64,000 bases of DNA, taken from positions 129,673 to 193,672 of the forward strand of contig NIVC01001920.1 of assembly GCA_002269645.1 (NCBI GenBank), given 5' to 3'. How positions within the stretch are numbered: the first letter of the stretch is position 1; every line of letters begins with the position of its first letter. A program made the translations under genes and the position numbers. This document shows, one piece after another, positions 22,301 to 35,112 of this stretch. The notes beneath the pieces are model-generated. The model saw only the letters and a list, made by a program, of their open reading frames with translations. It had not been told where the DNA came from and did no database searches. This DNA is from Macrostomum lignano. Its lineage: Eukaryota.

Positions 22301-23899
22301 CTTCATTGTCTGCACCCGCTGCCAAGAGATATGGAGAAAAACGTTTCTACCACCATTCACCCCTCGAATCACCCTCAATCACGAGTTCGATTCACCCCTC
22401 GAATATTGTGTGTGCCTTTGTGTACTTTCTTCCTTTAAACTTTTTGGCTGCTTATGTGCTTAAAAAGCAAATGAAATGATTGCAAATCCATCAAGCCACG
22501 CGATGTAATTCAATCCCAGTGTTTTGATTGCTCAGCTCAATGCAGCTAAAATTTGTATAAGTTTTGTGAATTTTTTTACTCAAGTAAAGCTGATAGGCAG
22601 AATAATTTTAACGGTTGTGTAATAAAAAACTACATGCTTCTATTTTCTATGCCGTGCATAGCAATAGTCGTCCGCCACAATGAGTTATTAGGTAACCTTA
22701 ATCCCTGTAAGACATCGTATCCTGCACCAATGCGGCGGAGAGGACTTTTGAGAAAAATTAAGGGATTTTAAGTTCTTCTTTTGCTTTTTGTTACAGCCAA
22801 ATACTTTTTCAGTTGGCTTTCCAACCCTGGGAAATGAGGTTTGTTTCACGGCCAATAAATGTTGTCTCGTGTCGTTAAACTAATTTTATTTTCAATTAAT
22901 ATTACAACTTTTGATATCCTTTTTCACTATCTATGATGCAGTTAAGCACTCGAAAATGTGTTTTGCGGAAAAACGTTTGTTCAAAGAACATATAATCGAT
23001 CTAATTTTTATCTATCTATGTATATGATCTATTTATTTAATTATCTCTTAGCTAGTATAATTTCATCGCGTCCTTCGTGTGGCTTTCTTTTTTTGCTTCC
23101 AGAAATCAATTAAGCATTGCACGACTACCATCTGCTTAGCATACAGATAGCATACCTGTAGTAGTGAACATGGGTTTTACTGGCAAAGTTGCCAACTGGG
23201 TAGAGAGCAGGCAGTGTAACCGGGTAGAGCAGAACACATCGGAAGAGTCATCCTACGTATCAGGCCGTCAGTAAAATTCCGCTGCATGATCACTATATGA
23301 CCCATCAATGATTTTAAAAAGTTGAAAGAAAAGTGTCACCAGAGGCTGGCTTGTCACCATCTGCACTCCTTTAAAATTCAAATTTAAGTTATTGTTTCCA
23401 GAAATGTAGTGCGCGTACATGAAGTTTCTCTTAAAGCTAGCGCGAATGTACGTTATACAATGTATTATATGTACGTACGTACAAGCTAGCGTTTATACTT
23501 AAGGGAAAGAAAAATATCAGCCCTATAAGCAGTCTTGATTTTCCACAGGCCAACAATAATCACCACCTACGTGTACTGACTACCTAACCCAGGAGTTGAC
23601 TCCTTGTTTCATGTTCGAACGGCATCGATGCAGCTGCTTCCTTTGCATTGTCTGCAAGAGCTACACGTCACAGGTCTTGCACATTGAAACCGCCTGCGAC
23701 ATCGAAATCGAACTGATGAAAGAATTCCGGGCATCCGGGTACCTCTTGGCATCATGAAGATCGAGTCCCTTCATGCTCATAAACCTGATTCACTATCTCA
23801 ATTATTCACAGCTGTATTATCTCCAAAACAGAAAGTGAGCACAAAACTTCGCATTCTGTTTTTGGGTAAGCTATAGAACTCATGCACTCAGCGGACTTT

Positions 23900-24400
23900 A
23901 ATTTGCAAGCAAGACCAGCTACTTCAAGTTGGTCCGATCAATTTCCACAAAGGTTCCGATGATTGGAGCCGATCGCAGTTTTAGCAGACACTGAAAAGGC
24001 GTTCTGCAGCACATTCGATTGGCATTAGAGGAGGTAAACGGCCGGGATTCACTTCGTTTTCTCTGGGCTCAGAGTCGTCGGTCTCAGGTACATTCAGGAT
24101 GTTCTTCATTATCGCGCTTTCATCCTGCACCATCTGGGAATTTAAAACGATCGAACTGACTTCACTGATGTCGCTGGCATTTTAAATCATGACAAAGTGT
24201 GACAATTTCGCCGACGATCTGGGAACTAGCTGCGACTCAGTAGAAAAAGCTCGCCTTTATGACCCATAAAAACAAATTTTCAATTTTAGCTGGGATGACC
24301 ATCCTAAAGACAATGGCAGTGGAACTCAGAGTCGTTTACAGCTAGTTTGTCACCGTCAGAAGTACTACAGCTCTTGCCGGCTGTGACTTTTAGTCAAACT
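23900..24400 (+). mobile_element. Second, more degenerate BEL/Pao RT remnant
   Basis: Frameshifted fragments read 'QVGP', 'ADTEKAF', 'RDSLRFLW', 'FADDL' and 'AGM..', in the same order as the RT at 21700-22150. Confidence 0.6.
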
Positions 24401-27400
24401 ACTTTTTCAGCAGCTGTGCAGACAGGAAATTGCGGGAGATGAAGAGCTTCCCAACGAAGTTGCTGAGCAGTGGTCCCACTTAAGTCGGCTCACATCGAGT
24501 TTGGTATAAATGAAAGCCGAGCTGTAAGTTAGTTGTGCAATTATTTAATTACTGTACAGGAATTGCGCGGTAAAGATAGCCAGTAGCGTTGTGTATAAAG
24601 AAATACATGTACTTTTAGGGCCACCATTCAGCTTTTTGAAAGTGGCGTGGCTGGAGTTTTTCTTAATCTGCATCGTGAATTTTCAGGTGCTAGTGCTAGC
24701 ACTTGTTAGAATGGTTCGGCTTCGGCCGGACTGACGAAATGTACATAAGCAGATGAACGCGAAGTGTGTCACGGTGGCAAATTTAAATTTACCCAAAAGC
24801 TTACCTAATAGTTCGCTCAAAGCCTCAAAGTAACAAAGTTTAATGTTGAATTATAAAAAATAAAGCTTCGAGCAAATAAAGCTTTCGAGTTTATAATTTT
24901 ATTCTTCTGTCAAGTTCCTGCATGAACGTCATTTAAATAGCAGTGGCCTAACAGTCGTGCCGTCAGACTCAGATGGTGCCACTGCCACCACCAGTAGTCG
25001 ACACGCAGTGCTGCTTACTGCTAGTACTGTACCATTTGGTTATTACAGTAATAAGTTTAATAACCATTTGCAACTTGCATTGGCTGATAGGCTTAGGCCA
25101 CATATTTTGCACTCAGCTTGCTTGGCTAATTGGCTTGAAAGTTACAGGCCCGTGCAGCCCTATATGTAGTAGAAATACGTACATTCTGTTGCAAAATAGA
25201 CTTTTTAAAGCAAATTAGGCCCCCTAAACTTGCTAAAGGCTTTTATCGAGCCTATGGCCTAATCGCTACTTAACTTTAGTGGTCAATATGGCCCTATGCT
25301 AGGCCCAATATTATGTTTTATATTTATATATAATATTCCTAGTGTATAGGCCTAGACTAGCCTAGATGTCACTTGTTTGAGTACAAATTAGACAAGACAT
25401 CTACCTTTGTCATTTTGAAAATTGGTCAAATATAGAGAATCGCTTTAAAGTATTATATTGCCTACAAATCTGAAACAACTGGACAATAAGTTACCAAACT
25501 TTTTGTATCTTTTTTCAAAATTTTTGTAAAGCATTTTTCTTGGATTGGATAGCCTAGGGCCTACTATAAAATTGTTCATTAAATTATTTTTGCTTGAATT
25601 TGATTTTTTTGTTCCAAAATATGAAACAAGTTAAAGTTTAACATATATTAGCACTTAGCAGCTAAATTGTTTATTAGTGTCTATCACTATATCACAACAC
25701 AAAAGTACTATTTTAATGTTTAGTAATAATTTGACTAGGCCTATGTAATTTTATGCAGAATATATCTCCATAATATTTGAATTTATACTGATATCTTAGG
25801 AACTCTTAAAATAGTTTTATATGCATAAAGCATGAAGATATCTATGGTCAAAAGGTTATAATATGTAAAAGGACCTTTAAAAAGAGATGCATAAGATTGA
25901 AAAATTAGTTGCCAAGCTACTAATATTGGGATTCAAGTTAAGCCATTGCTTATTTTTGTAGAGATGGCTATTCCTACAAAAAGTTTTTAATAACTTTTTT
26001 CTAGGTTATATACTATTATCCTATTTAAACTTCAAGTAGGCCTAGTATTTTTGCATCATGGTATAGCAATTAATTATAATAAACAAATTAATTATCAATA
26101 CATTTAGATATTTAACTGTTATTGTTAATTTGTTTTACATTTTTGGGCTCTAAGAAAGAAAAGAATCAGACTATTCAATGCAAAAATTATTTAACAAATA
26201 ATTCTATTATAATTTATAAGTAGACTTCAATGAGGTTTTGAAATTTTTTTGAATTCAGTTTTGTTTATAACAAAAATAGGCTAGGCCTATGTTATTATGA
26301 GCAGGTAAAGCAAGTGGGCTTTACCCAGTTTTAATGGCAGAGTGACCTGCCTTGCTGCCCTCTTTTTTTATTGCCTTGTACTTATACTGGTTTTATATGC
26401 TATATACATGCTGACTAGCACCCCTAACCCCTAGGTGTGCATGTGCTTTATAAGTGTATTTATATGTTGCTCAGCTCAGTGCATGAGGGCACTGTTGCCA
26501 CTCAAAATTTGTCTTTTTTTATTTCTCTAATCAATTGTAATCAATCAATTTTCAATTCTAATCAATACACTCGAACAATGCGTCCCCAAATCGCTTTGGG
26601 GCCTGCCTCGCGTTGATCGCCACTTGCCCCATCTTTGCCTTATCACTCCGGACATTAGGCCCTAATCAATATAAAATTAAAAAATATTTAGGCCCTACTT
26701 TAAATATTTGGTTCAGTAATAAAAAGTTAATAACATTTTTGTTAGGGCCTAAAAATCACTTTTTTAATAGCCAAAATGTATTACAGAATGTGACCTTTTT
26801 GATAAAAATGAGAATTTTTTGTTTTTATATGAAGACCTAGTTAGAGCCTAGCTAGAGCAATAAATAAAATGATAGATAGGGCAATAAAAATACCTAGCTA
26901 CTAGCAATTGAATAGATAGAATGGCAGATAAAGCAGTAGATACCCTAGAGCAAAGCTAAGCCCAAGAGCATTTTCTGATATTATGTATATCTATTTTTTA
27001 TCCCTTTTGGCTATATAATTTTCTAATATGGCATGTTGTATGGCATGTTGTATGTTGTAAGCCTTGTTAGTAGGCCTATTGATTCAAATTTAAAAATAAT
27101 ATTGAAAAACAAACTAGGGCCTAGAATATTGGCATTGCTACTACTATAATTAATAGGCTAGGCCCTAGTATTTTTATAAGCCCTATCCAGTATCCCACAC
27201 TTCCAATAATGAAATTGAATGCACTATACTGTATATATACAAGTGTTCTTATTTCTCAATAATGAAAGAATTCACTAATTTTAGATAAGAGATGCTATAG
27301 AGAAAATTGTTTTAATTCACATTTGTTAAAATAGAATTTGAAAAACAAGGTACTATATAACATTGTTTTTAAGACTTGGTAACATTTTAAAGACTTGTGC

Positions 27401-27569
27401 ATATCTCAATTTTACTTTAATAAACTCTATTACTTTTTTAAGTTTATTGTCAAAATAATTTATTATAGAAAACTTGAAAATTGCTACCAAAACCTTTGCA
27501 ACCTTACAAATATTAGTCTTAGACCTAAAATACATAGGAAGATTGTAGAAAAATGTTTGCCATTTTTGC

Positions 27570-28240
27570 TATATCCTGTGATGAGTGCCGTACTGATTAG
27601 CTCCTCGGAAGGGCTTCTGCATGCCTTGAGGTTGTCGAACTTGCAGTCAGTGGCCGCCTGGCGGAGACGACTGACGAAATCAGAAATGCTTTCTCCTTGC
27701 AGTTGTTGCGTCTTGAAGAATCGCGCGCGCTCAGCGATTATCAGTTTCTCTTTGGGGCGCAGATACGTGACAAATGTCGTCTGAATATCCTCGAATGAGA
27801 GCTCCGTGAGTGGGCGTGGCGACACCAGACTCTGCAGCTTTTCAAGCGCGGTGAGTCCACAGATAGCGAGAAAGTTGTCAGCGATCGTTTTTTTTTCGGT
27901 TGAATCAGACCAGCCTTTCGCTCTGGCCAGCGCTTGAAAGGCAGTCAGCCAAACCTGTGCTCGGTCAGGTTTATCCAGCGGCAGTTCGCTGAGCTGCGAC
28001 GCCATTGTTGTGAATTGAACTCCGGCTGAAGTATTTAACTCATGAGCTTAAGATTCTTTATATTTCTTATTTGAAAGAGATCAGAAGGGTGAGCTCTAGG
28101 AACTTTGGGCTGGGTTAATTACCATAGAAGAAACTGTAGCGATAGAATGCTTAGAGGCGATTAGTGCAAACAAACGGCATAGAATAAGGAACTTGAACTT
28201 ATATAAACTATAGTGCATCTCAGTGTGCGATACAGCACAA
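27570..28240 (-). mobile_element. Truncated Ty3/gypsy (K02A2.6-like) element: gag N-terminus with possible 5' LTR
   Basis: ORF from 28005 reads 'VWLTAFQALARAKGW...FLAICGLTALEKLQSLVSP..TELSFEDI...YLRPKEKLIIAERARFFKTQQLQGESISDFVSRLRQAATDCKF', a typical gypsy gag. Coding character stops near 27575 in AT-rich DNA. The upstream segment 28006-28240 has TGT...ACA ends (LTR call is tentative). Confidence 0.75.
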
Positions 28241-28483
28241 TTTTCCTCTTGAAATATTTACATAGTTGAACATATTAAAAATTGTTTTCTGATTGGGGGC
28301 AACAATTCTAACCTATTGAAAAAGTGAAAAAAATGAGAATTTTGTCAAAATTTCAATTATATCTAATATCTAATATTAGTTAATTATAAAAAAGGTTTTA
28401 GATTTCGAGTTTAAATTTTAAAGACTTTAAAAAGTCCTTATTTTTATAAATGTCAGTTTTTTTAAGCTTGTCTTTTTATATTT

Positions 28484-29304
28484 GGCAGTTGTTATTTGTC
28501 TGGTGACTGAACGAATAGTGATGTGGTTATTTGTCTCTACTAGATAATGGCCATGCTTTCCTATTCATCCAGTTAATACTGGAAAATAGGCATTTTGTTA
28601 TTTGTCCAGTTAAATTGATAATGCTGAAATATCTATTTTATAGAAACTACAAGGGTGAGTATTCCTAGACTTCAAAGACTTTTTACTTGTATCTTGATTA
28701 TTATGTTGTTATACTAGTGTGTGTCTACACCAAATTATGCCAAATTGAATACACTGCTTTGCTTACACTAGTATACAACAAAATATGAATCAGTATATGA
28801 GAAAAGGGATGGGGGGCCGTAGCCCAGCGGTAGCGCAGCTGCTCTGGTGTGCTGCGACCCAGGCTCGATTCCAAGTGCAGCCACATTAATTTGGGGCTGG
28901 ATTGGAATCTTGGCTTGGCTTGCTTGTGCAATTAACGGCCTTGAGAGCCAACCCCCCCCCCCAAGGCGCAGTGAAGTGTACATGCCTAACAATTGATAAA
29001 AGTTAGGGCCGCTGTACACTCCTATGTGAGTGTGTGCCTGTGTAACGTATCCGCGCGCTTGTATGCCTGCTCAGGGGAGTTGGCGGAATGGGCAGTAATG
29101 CCTCTCACTGGTTGTGTGCCAATGACGCTTAAATTGCGCCAGGGTGCACACAACCCCCCTGCCTCTAAAAAAAATATGAGAAAAGGTCTTAAAAAATCTA
29201 GAATATTCATCACAAAACAAATAGATACAAGTTTGTGTTAGCAATTTAACTGGACAAATAGCAAAAAGGCTATTTTTCCAGTCACCAGACAAATAACAAC
29301 TGCC
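28484..29304. mobile_element. Non-autonomous TIR DNA transposon (Mutator/Merlin-like) with 9-bp TSD, carrying a SINE
   Basis: Perfect 26-bp TIR GGCAGTTGTTATTTGTCTGGTGACTG (28484-28509 / 29279-29304); TSD TTTATATTT at 28475-28483 and 29305-29313. Confidence 0.85.
28808..29173 (+). mobile_element. tRNA-derived SINE, copy 1
   Basis: A-box TAGCCCAGCGG, B-box GGCTCGATTCC and a short A tail. 13-bp TSD ATATGAGAAAAGG at 28795-28807 and 29174-29186. Colinear with the copy at 56922. Confidence 0.88.
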
Positions 29305-30156
29305 TTTATATTTATAAAACATAGTTTTGAAAATGTCTAACTAATAACTATACTCATTGCTGGAAGCACATGGTATGTGTATTCAGTATCTAGCCCTATT
29401 TTATTTAGTTGACCTTAAACAATAGACCTGCATCTTCTTGTCTAATAAGTGTGCTCAGACCAAATGCCATCTCTGAGTTTGTGGTAATCAGTGCTCCCAA
29501 ATCCATGTTCCATAAACTTGATTCTTAATGTTTCACATACATGCGCAACAGTCGGTTGGCCAATCTGGCTGACCAATTTGGCAGCCAACCAAGGAAATCA
29601 CAAAAATGCCCACCCGAATAAATACCCCAAGTAGTACTAAGTAGATGACGAGGCATTTTGCCTTTATAAGACAGTCATAGTTACTCCTGCCGTCTACCCA
29701 AAGTTGCGTTATTTATGCTTTAGGCTTTCTTTTACATGTAAGTCGCATTTTTAGTCAAAAACTGTCGCATTTTTTGTTAAAGCTAAGTCGCACGGCCGAC
29801 CGAATTTTGGAGGTTGCGCATGTATGATGTTTCACTTCTCCTAAAGCCTCAGTACTCAATCTGAGCACAATGTGCTTTCAACTTGGCTCTCTTAAATTTT
29901 TACTTAGTAACAATGAATAGTCCTAAATTAAGGATAATGATCAATATGTAATTTTATACTAGGCTAATGCATTATGACTAACTGACTGGAGCCTATATTC
30001 CTTTCTGTTTGCAGTTGCAGCAGTTGTCTCCCTCAATTGCAGTTCATTCTTCCGCCCATTGGCATCTAGCACTGAGCACTCAGCAGCACTCTCCCGCCCT
30101 GCCCCTACACCAAAGTCACTGAATCTCGCATTCTTCAAAGTTATCTCCAATCATCA

Positions 30157-32319
30157 ATGGGAAACTCGGACAGTCGATCTCGGACACCGTCCGCCCGCAT
30201 GGACGATGGCGGCCAGCTGCCCGGCGGGGGTCCACGCCGCGGCGGCTCTCTGGACCTGCCTGACGAGGCTGTTGATTATCCTGCGCTGATCAAGGTGAGC
30301 CTGGCCTGGGGCTTCTGTGCTGCTTGGCCTACTCATGAGTAGCGAGAGACGAATGTGAAACGAATTTCTCTGGGCACTGGTAGCTAAACACGAGGGTAAA
30401 GTCGTTAATGTCATTTGTAAGGTCGATCCGCCATTGGCAGATAAAAATTGGCAGATTGGCACTCTACCCCATGTTTCCGGGATCGAGACGAGTGATGCCA
30501 AATATGTGATCCGTGCATCAATATGAAATATACATCGTTTAAAGCAGGAAATAAAATTTTGAAAGGTAATAAAAATTGCTGTCTGTTGTTTGAAAAACAA
30601 ACAAAGGCCTGAGCGCCAACATAGCCGACTAAATCCCGGGCGCCGGCGTCAGCCAGCGGGCAGTGGACGAAACGGCGAGTGAGCGCCTGTCCTCGGCGGT
30701 AGGGTGCCTGCAGCGTCAGCGGGGATGATGTGGCCTGCCAGCCGGAGTCGCTGAGGGCGCAGCAGGTCGCTTTGATAAACGAGCCCGGTGCGACGATGCA
30801 GTGCCGTGTTGGTCACTTGCTCTTCGGCTCGATCTTGAAGGCTGCGCTAAGCTGGCGAGCGGCCGCCGCGGCAGCTTGCCGTTCGGACGAGTCCGTGAGC
30901 GTACAGGTCTCGGCCACGTCAGCATAGTGGCGGACAGATGGTTAATGCCATTTGGCATGACACCGGGGAACCGCAGTAGCCAGTTCCGATTACTAGAGCA
31001 TTATTTGAAGGCTCGCAAGGATGCAGCCAGAGTATTTTCAATTTAATCCCCTCAGCAAAGCAGCGTGGAGCAGGAATACGGATTTCGCATTCGGGCTGAG
31101 ACAATCAGCGAGCAGCCGGGCGATCACGTGACGGCCAGCAAGCTGCCCACCGTGTTCAAATGGAGCGGCGCTGGCAAGGAAGTCTTTCTTAGCGGGAGCT
31201 TCAACAACTGGCAGGCCAAGATCCCCCTGGTGAAGAGGTGGGTAAACATTAAGGGAATGACCGGGCCTTGGCGTTTGATAGGGAGGCTTGAGTAATGGTG
31301 GGGGTCGTTGTGAGCCCTGGAAATTTCTGGTGCGGTCACCTAGGAATCCAGGACATCATAACTTCAGGTGGGGACATCATGACCCCGGGGAATCCGGATG
31401 GGACATCATGAACCCAGGGAATTCAGGTGGGCATCCCATCTTGGCCAGCTACTCGAACCCTGTTCCAGCTGCAGTAATCAGTATTACAGTACTCGCACTG
31501 CATTCCCGCCCAATTGCAGCCAGGACCACTTCTACACCATTGTGGACTTGCCCGAGGGCGAGCACGAGTACCAGTTTATTGTGGACGGCAAGTGGCAGGC
31601 CAATCCGAAAGAGGTAAGCATGCTGTTCGCTTGTTATACGAAAATGTTAGGAACTCTGCTTTTACATCTTTGGCACACGTTCTTCAAACCCCCGGTCAGT
31701 AGCCCCTCTCCCGGCGGTTCATTCCATCGCTAAGCTGCTCTGCATTGATAATCCTGGATTTGGTTAGCTTGCATGGAGCTGTGCCATTCTATCCCTACTG
31801 TTGACAGTCGAAGGGCTGCATGCTCCATTCTACTTACTAAGTAGTTCACACACAATTCCGCCTCGACAGCCGACCCGTCAAAATGCCGGCCGCGGCGGAC
31901 CGCTTAACAATGTCCTCGAGGTGAAGTCCTCGGATTTTGAAGTGTTCGAAGCTCTGGCCATGGACATCGCCGAGAGCACGCAGTCCAAGGAGCACGGTCA
32001 GTCTGAGGTGTCCGAGCGCCTGCGGCACCGGTCTGGCAGCCCGCCGGGCCGCTACACCAGCCAGGTGCCTTCTGGCTCCGCCAGGCAGCCGGCCGGGCCG
32101 AACCGGGCGCCCCCGGTGCTGCCGCAGCAGCTGCTGCAGGTCATCCTGAACCGGCCCACCGACTCGCGGCTGGACCCCAACCTGCTGCCCGAGCCCGAGC
32201 ACGTCATGCTGAATCACCTGTACGCGCTGAGCATCAAGGATGGCGTCGTGGTGCTGTCAACTATCCACCGGTATCGCAAGAAGTTTGTTACCACCGTCAT
32301 GTACAAGCCGTGCGACTGA
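30157..32319 (+). CDS. PRKAB: 5'-AMP-activated protein kinase beta subunit, 4 exons (30157-30294, 31056-31237, 31520-31613, 31870-32319), ~287 aa
   Basis: Myristoylation start MGNSDS. Glycogen-binding domain 'LPTVFKWSGAGKEVFLSGSFNNW..KIPLVK|SQDHFYTIVDLPEGEHEYQFIVDGKW'. C-terminal 'PPVLPQQLLQVILN...DPNLLPEPEHVMLNHLYALSIKDGVVVLSTIHRYRKKFVTTVMYKP'. All junctions GT-AG with phases 0, 2, 0. Confidence 0.96.
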
Positions 32320-32924
32320 GCTCCGCCTGGGTGTGCCAGTAATAAGCGCTGCGTTTTGGTGGCTGGTCCAGTAGATCAGTGTTTTAACCAGATAGATTGG
32401 CAAATGTTTTATACTTGCATTGAACTTGTATCCAGATTGTCTTCGTGTATTGTCAGTTGCTCGAGTCACAGTTGCTTTATCTGGCATTAGTCTTATCTGT
32501 GTACAGCTTACATAATTGCGAGTGGGAGCTATTGTGGAGTATTTTGGAGAATAGGGTGGCTTCTTGCTATGCTATTAAATAGTATCACTAATTTACCTAA
32601 CGTTGAATTTTTAGTCTGTAACCAAACTCAATTATTTTTTTCTTGCGCTTCAACAACAATAAGACGAAATGGACGCAATCCAAGTGCTGCAGGGTTATTC
32701 ATCTCCAGTCAGTTTGCCTGCTGTTTTTCTGCCATTATATCACCGAAGCGTAATTGTTTTTGCTGGTGCTGTGTTCTCTGCCCATTAGTATTCTATGCTC
32801 ATATTTCTGTCAATTAATTCCCGAGATCAATGCCTTCTAAATTGCCTGACTGCTGACATCTTCACTCAGCCTCCTCTTAATGAATACTCTGCTATCGGAT
32901 ACTATAAAGATGTGAGCATATGGC

Positions 32925-33772
32925 TGCTCCGAGGGTAGGAAGTTGGAGGGGTGGCTGCTCTCCGTGGGTAGGAAGTTGGAGGGGTGGCTGCTCTCCGTGG
33001 GTAGGAAGTTGGAGGGGTGGCTGCTCTCCAGGGGTAGGAAGTTGGAGGGGTGGCTGCTCCGGGGGTAGGAAGTTGGAGGGGTGGCTGCTCCGGAGGTAGG
33101 AAGTTGGAAGATGGCTGGCTTGGGGTAGGAATTTAGGGGGGGGGGCGGCTGCTCCGGGTAGGAAGTAAGTTGGAGGGGTGGCTGCTCCGGAGGTAGGAAG
33201 TTGGAAGATGGCTGGCTTGGGGTAGGAATTTAGGGGGGGGGCGGCTGCTCCGGGTAGGAAGTTGGAGGGGTGGCTGCTCCGGAGGTAGGAAGTTGGAGGA
33301 TGGCTGGCTTGGGGTAGGAATTTAGGGGGGGGGCGGCTGCTCCGCGTAGGAAGTTGGAGGGGTGACTGCTCTCCGGGGCTAGGAAGCTGGGGGGTGGCTT
33401 CTCCGGGGGTAGGGAAGTTGGAGGGGCGGCCGCTCCGGGAGTTGGAGGGTGGCTGTTCCGGGGTAGGAAGTTGGAGGGTGGCTGCTCCGGGGGTAGGAAG
33501 TTGGAGGGTGGCTGCTCCGGGGGTAGGAAGTTGGAGGGTGGCTGTTCCGGGGGTAGGAAGTTGGAGGGTGGCTGCTCCGGGGGTAGGAAGTTGGAGGGTG
33601 GCTGCTCCGGGGGTAGGAAGTTGAGGGTGGCTGCTCCGGGGGTAGGAAGTTGGAGGGTGGCTGCTCCGGGGGTAGGAAGTTGGGGGGTGGCTGTTCCGGG
33701 GGTAGAAAGTTGGAGGGGTGACTGCTCCGGGGGTAGGAAGTTGGAGGGGTGGCTGCTCTCCGGGGGTAGGAA
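32925..33772. repeat. ~30-bp G-rich minisatellite (GGTAGGAAGTTGGAGGGTGGCTGCTCCGGG)
   Basis: About 27 imperfect tandem copies. Confidence 0.93.
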
Positions 33773-34267
33773 ACGGATGCGCTGCAGTTGGTTGTCGCTG
33801 ATTGAAAATGTACGATCATAGCTCGTGTATAATCATGTCTTGTACATGTATAATCGTACACTATTCTGGATACTTTGAAAGTCTTTTGTGCCTATAAGTA
33901 GTGTTATCTGTATGTAAATTTTGCGTAAACTTAGCTTGATCACGCATCCCCACACTCTATCGGTGACATCATTGAAGAGCCGCTGTCCTATTTATAAAAA
34001 TTTTTACTCAAAAGCCTAGCCTAGTTTTATCTGTCTAACACTTTTGGTATCTGAAATGTCATTTTGTTATACAATAAATTCGCTATTTTTTGAGTCCTCC
34101 TGCTCTGCTAGCACTTCTAATAAGCTTTGGAGCAAAGCCACGGAAGCATAAAACCTTTGAAGAATGGTGATGTTGAAGAATCAGTTCTGGAACAGAGAAG
34201 TTCTAGTAAATATTGTAATATATTCTGGTAAACTTGAGGGGGTGTCTGATAACGTTTAGAGCAAAAC

Positions 34268-34737
34268 GCTCGGAAGAAATTCTTGTAATATTGATGGATT
34301 GGGTCTTGTAACTCGGGAAATTCTTGTAATATTGATGGATTGGGTCTTGTAACACAGGAAATTCTTGTAATATTGATGGATTGGGTCTTGTAACTCGGGA
34401 AATTCTTGTAATATTGATGAATTGGGTCTTGTAACACGGGAAATTCTTGTAATATTGATGAATTGGGTCTTGTAACTCGGGAAATTCTTGTAATATTGAT
34501 GAATTGGGTCTTGTAACACGGGAAATTCTTGTAATATTGATGGATTGGGTCTTGTAACTCGGAAAATTCTTGTAATATTGATGGATTGGGTCTTGTTACA
34601 CGGGAAATTCTTGTAATATTGATGGATTGGGTCTTGTAACACGGGAAATTCTTGTAATATTGATGGATTGGGTCTTGTAACTCGGGAAATTCTTGTAATA
34701 TTGATGGATTGGGTCTTGTAACACGGGAAATTCTTGT
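34268..34737. repeat. 41-bp minisatellite (GGGAAATTCTTGTAATATTGATGGATTGGGTCTTGTAACWC)
   Basis: About 11 copies with 41-nt period. Confidence 0.95.
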
Positions 34738-35112
34738 ATCGGAGGAGGAACTCTAAACTACTGTAAGTAGCACTACGTTAAAGCCATTGATCTGCCAGTA
34801 TCGCATAGGCAGCTGCAGCAGTATCAATGGTAGTGCTTCAGGCCGAAGGATGGGAGGATGACGGAGCAAATAAATGAAGCTCGCAAAACTGGTTCGCCAA
34901 CTTGATGCTGCTTATGCAGCATATCCGCCAGTCATTGAATGCGCTGGGCATCGGCAAGATGACTTCCGCAGCTGCTGTTTGGCTCAGGCTCTGAAGTAAA
35001 ATCTGTAATATATATTTCTGGGCGCGGGTGCTGTTTCAAAATAGTCCAGCTAGTGCTGGCATAGTGACTGACAGTCCATTTTTCAGTTACTGCAGCCGCT
35101 GGTGCAGTTCCG

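Noticed and set aside
22300-24900. Search for a 3' LTR or integrase of the BEL element
   Set aside because: No second copy of 18863-19161 and no integrase motifs were found by eye; the element is treated as truncated.
28812-28880. tRNA gene
   Set aside because: A/B boxes are present but no convincing cloverleaf. The sequence continues into a ~300-bp body with TSDs and has a second copy, so it is a SINE.
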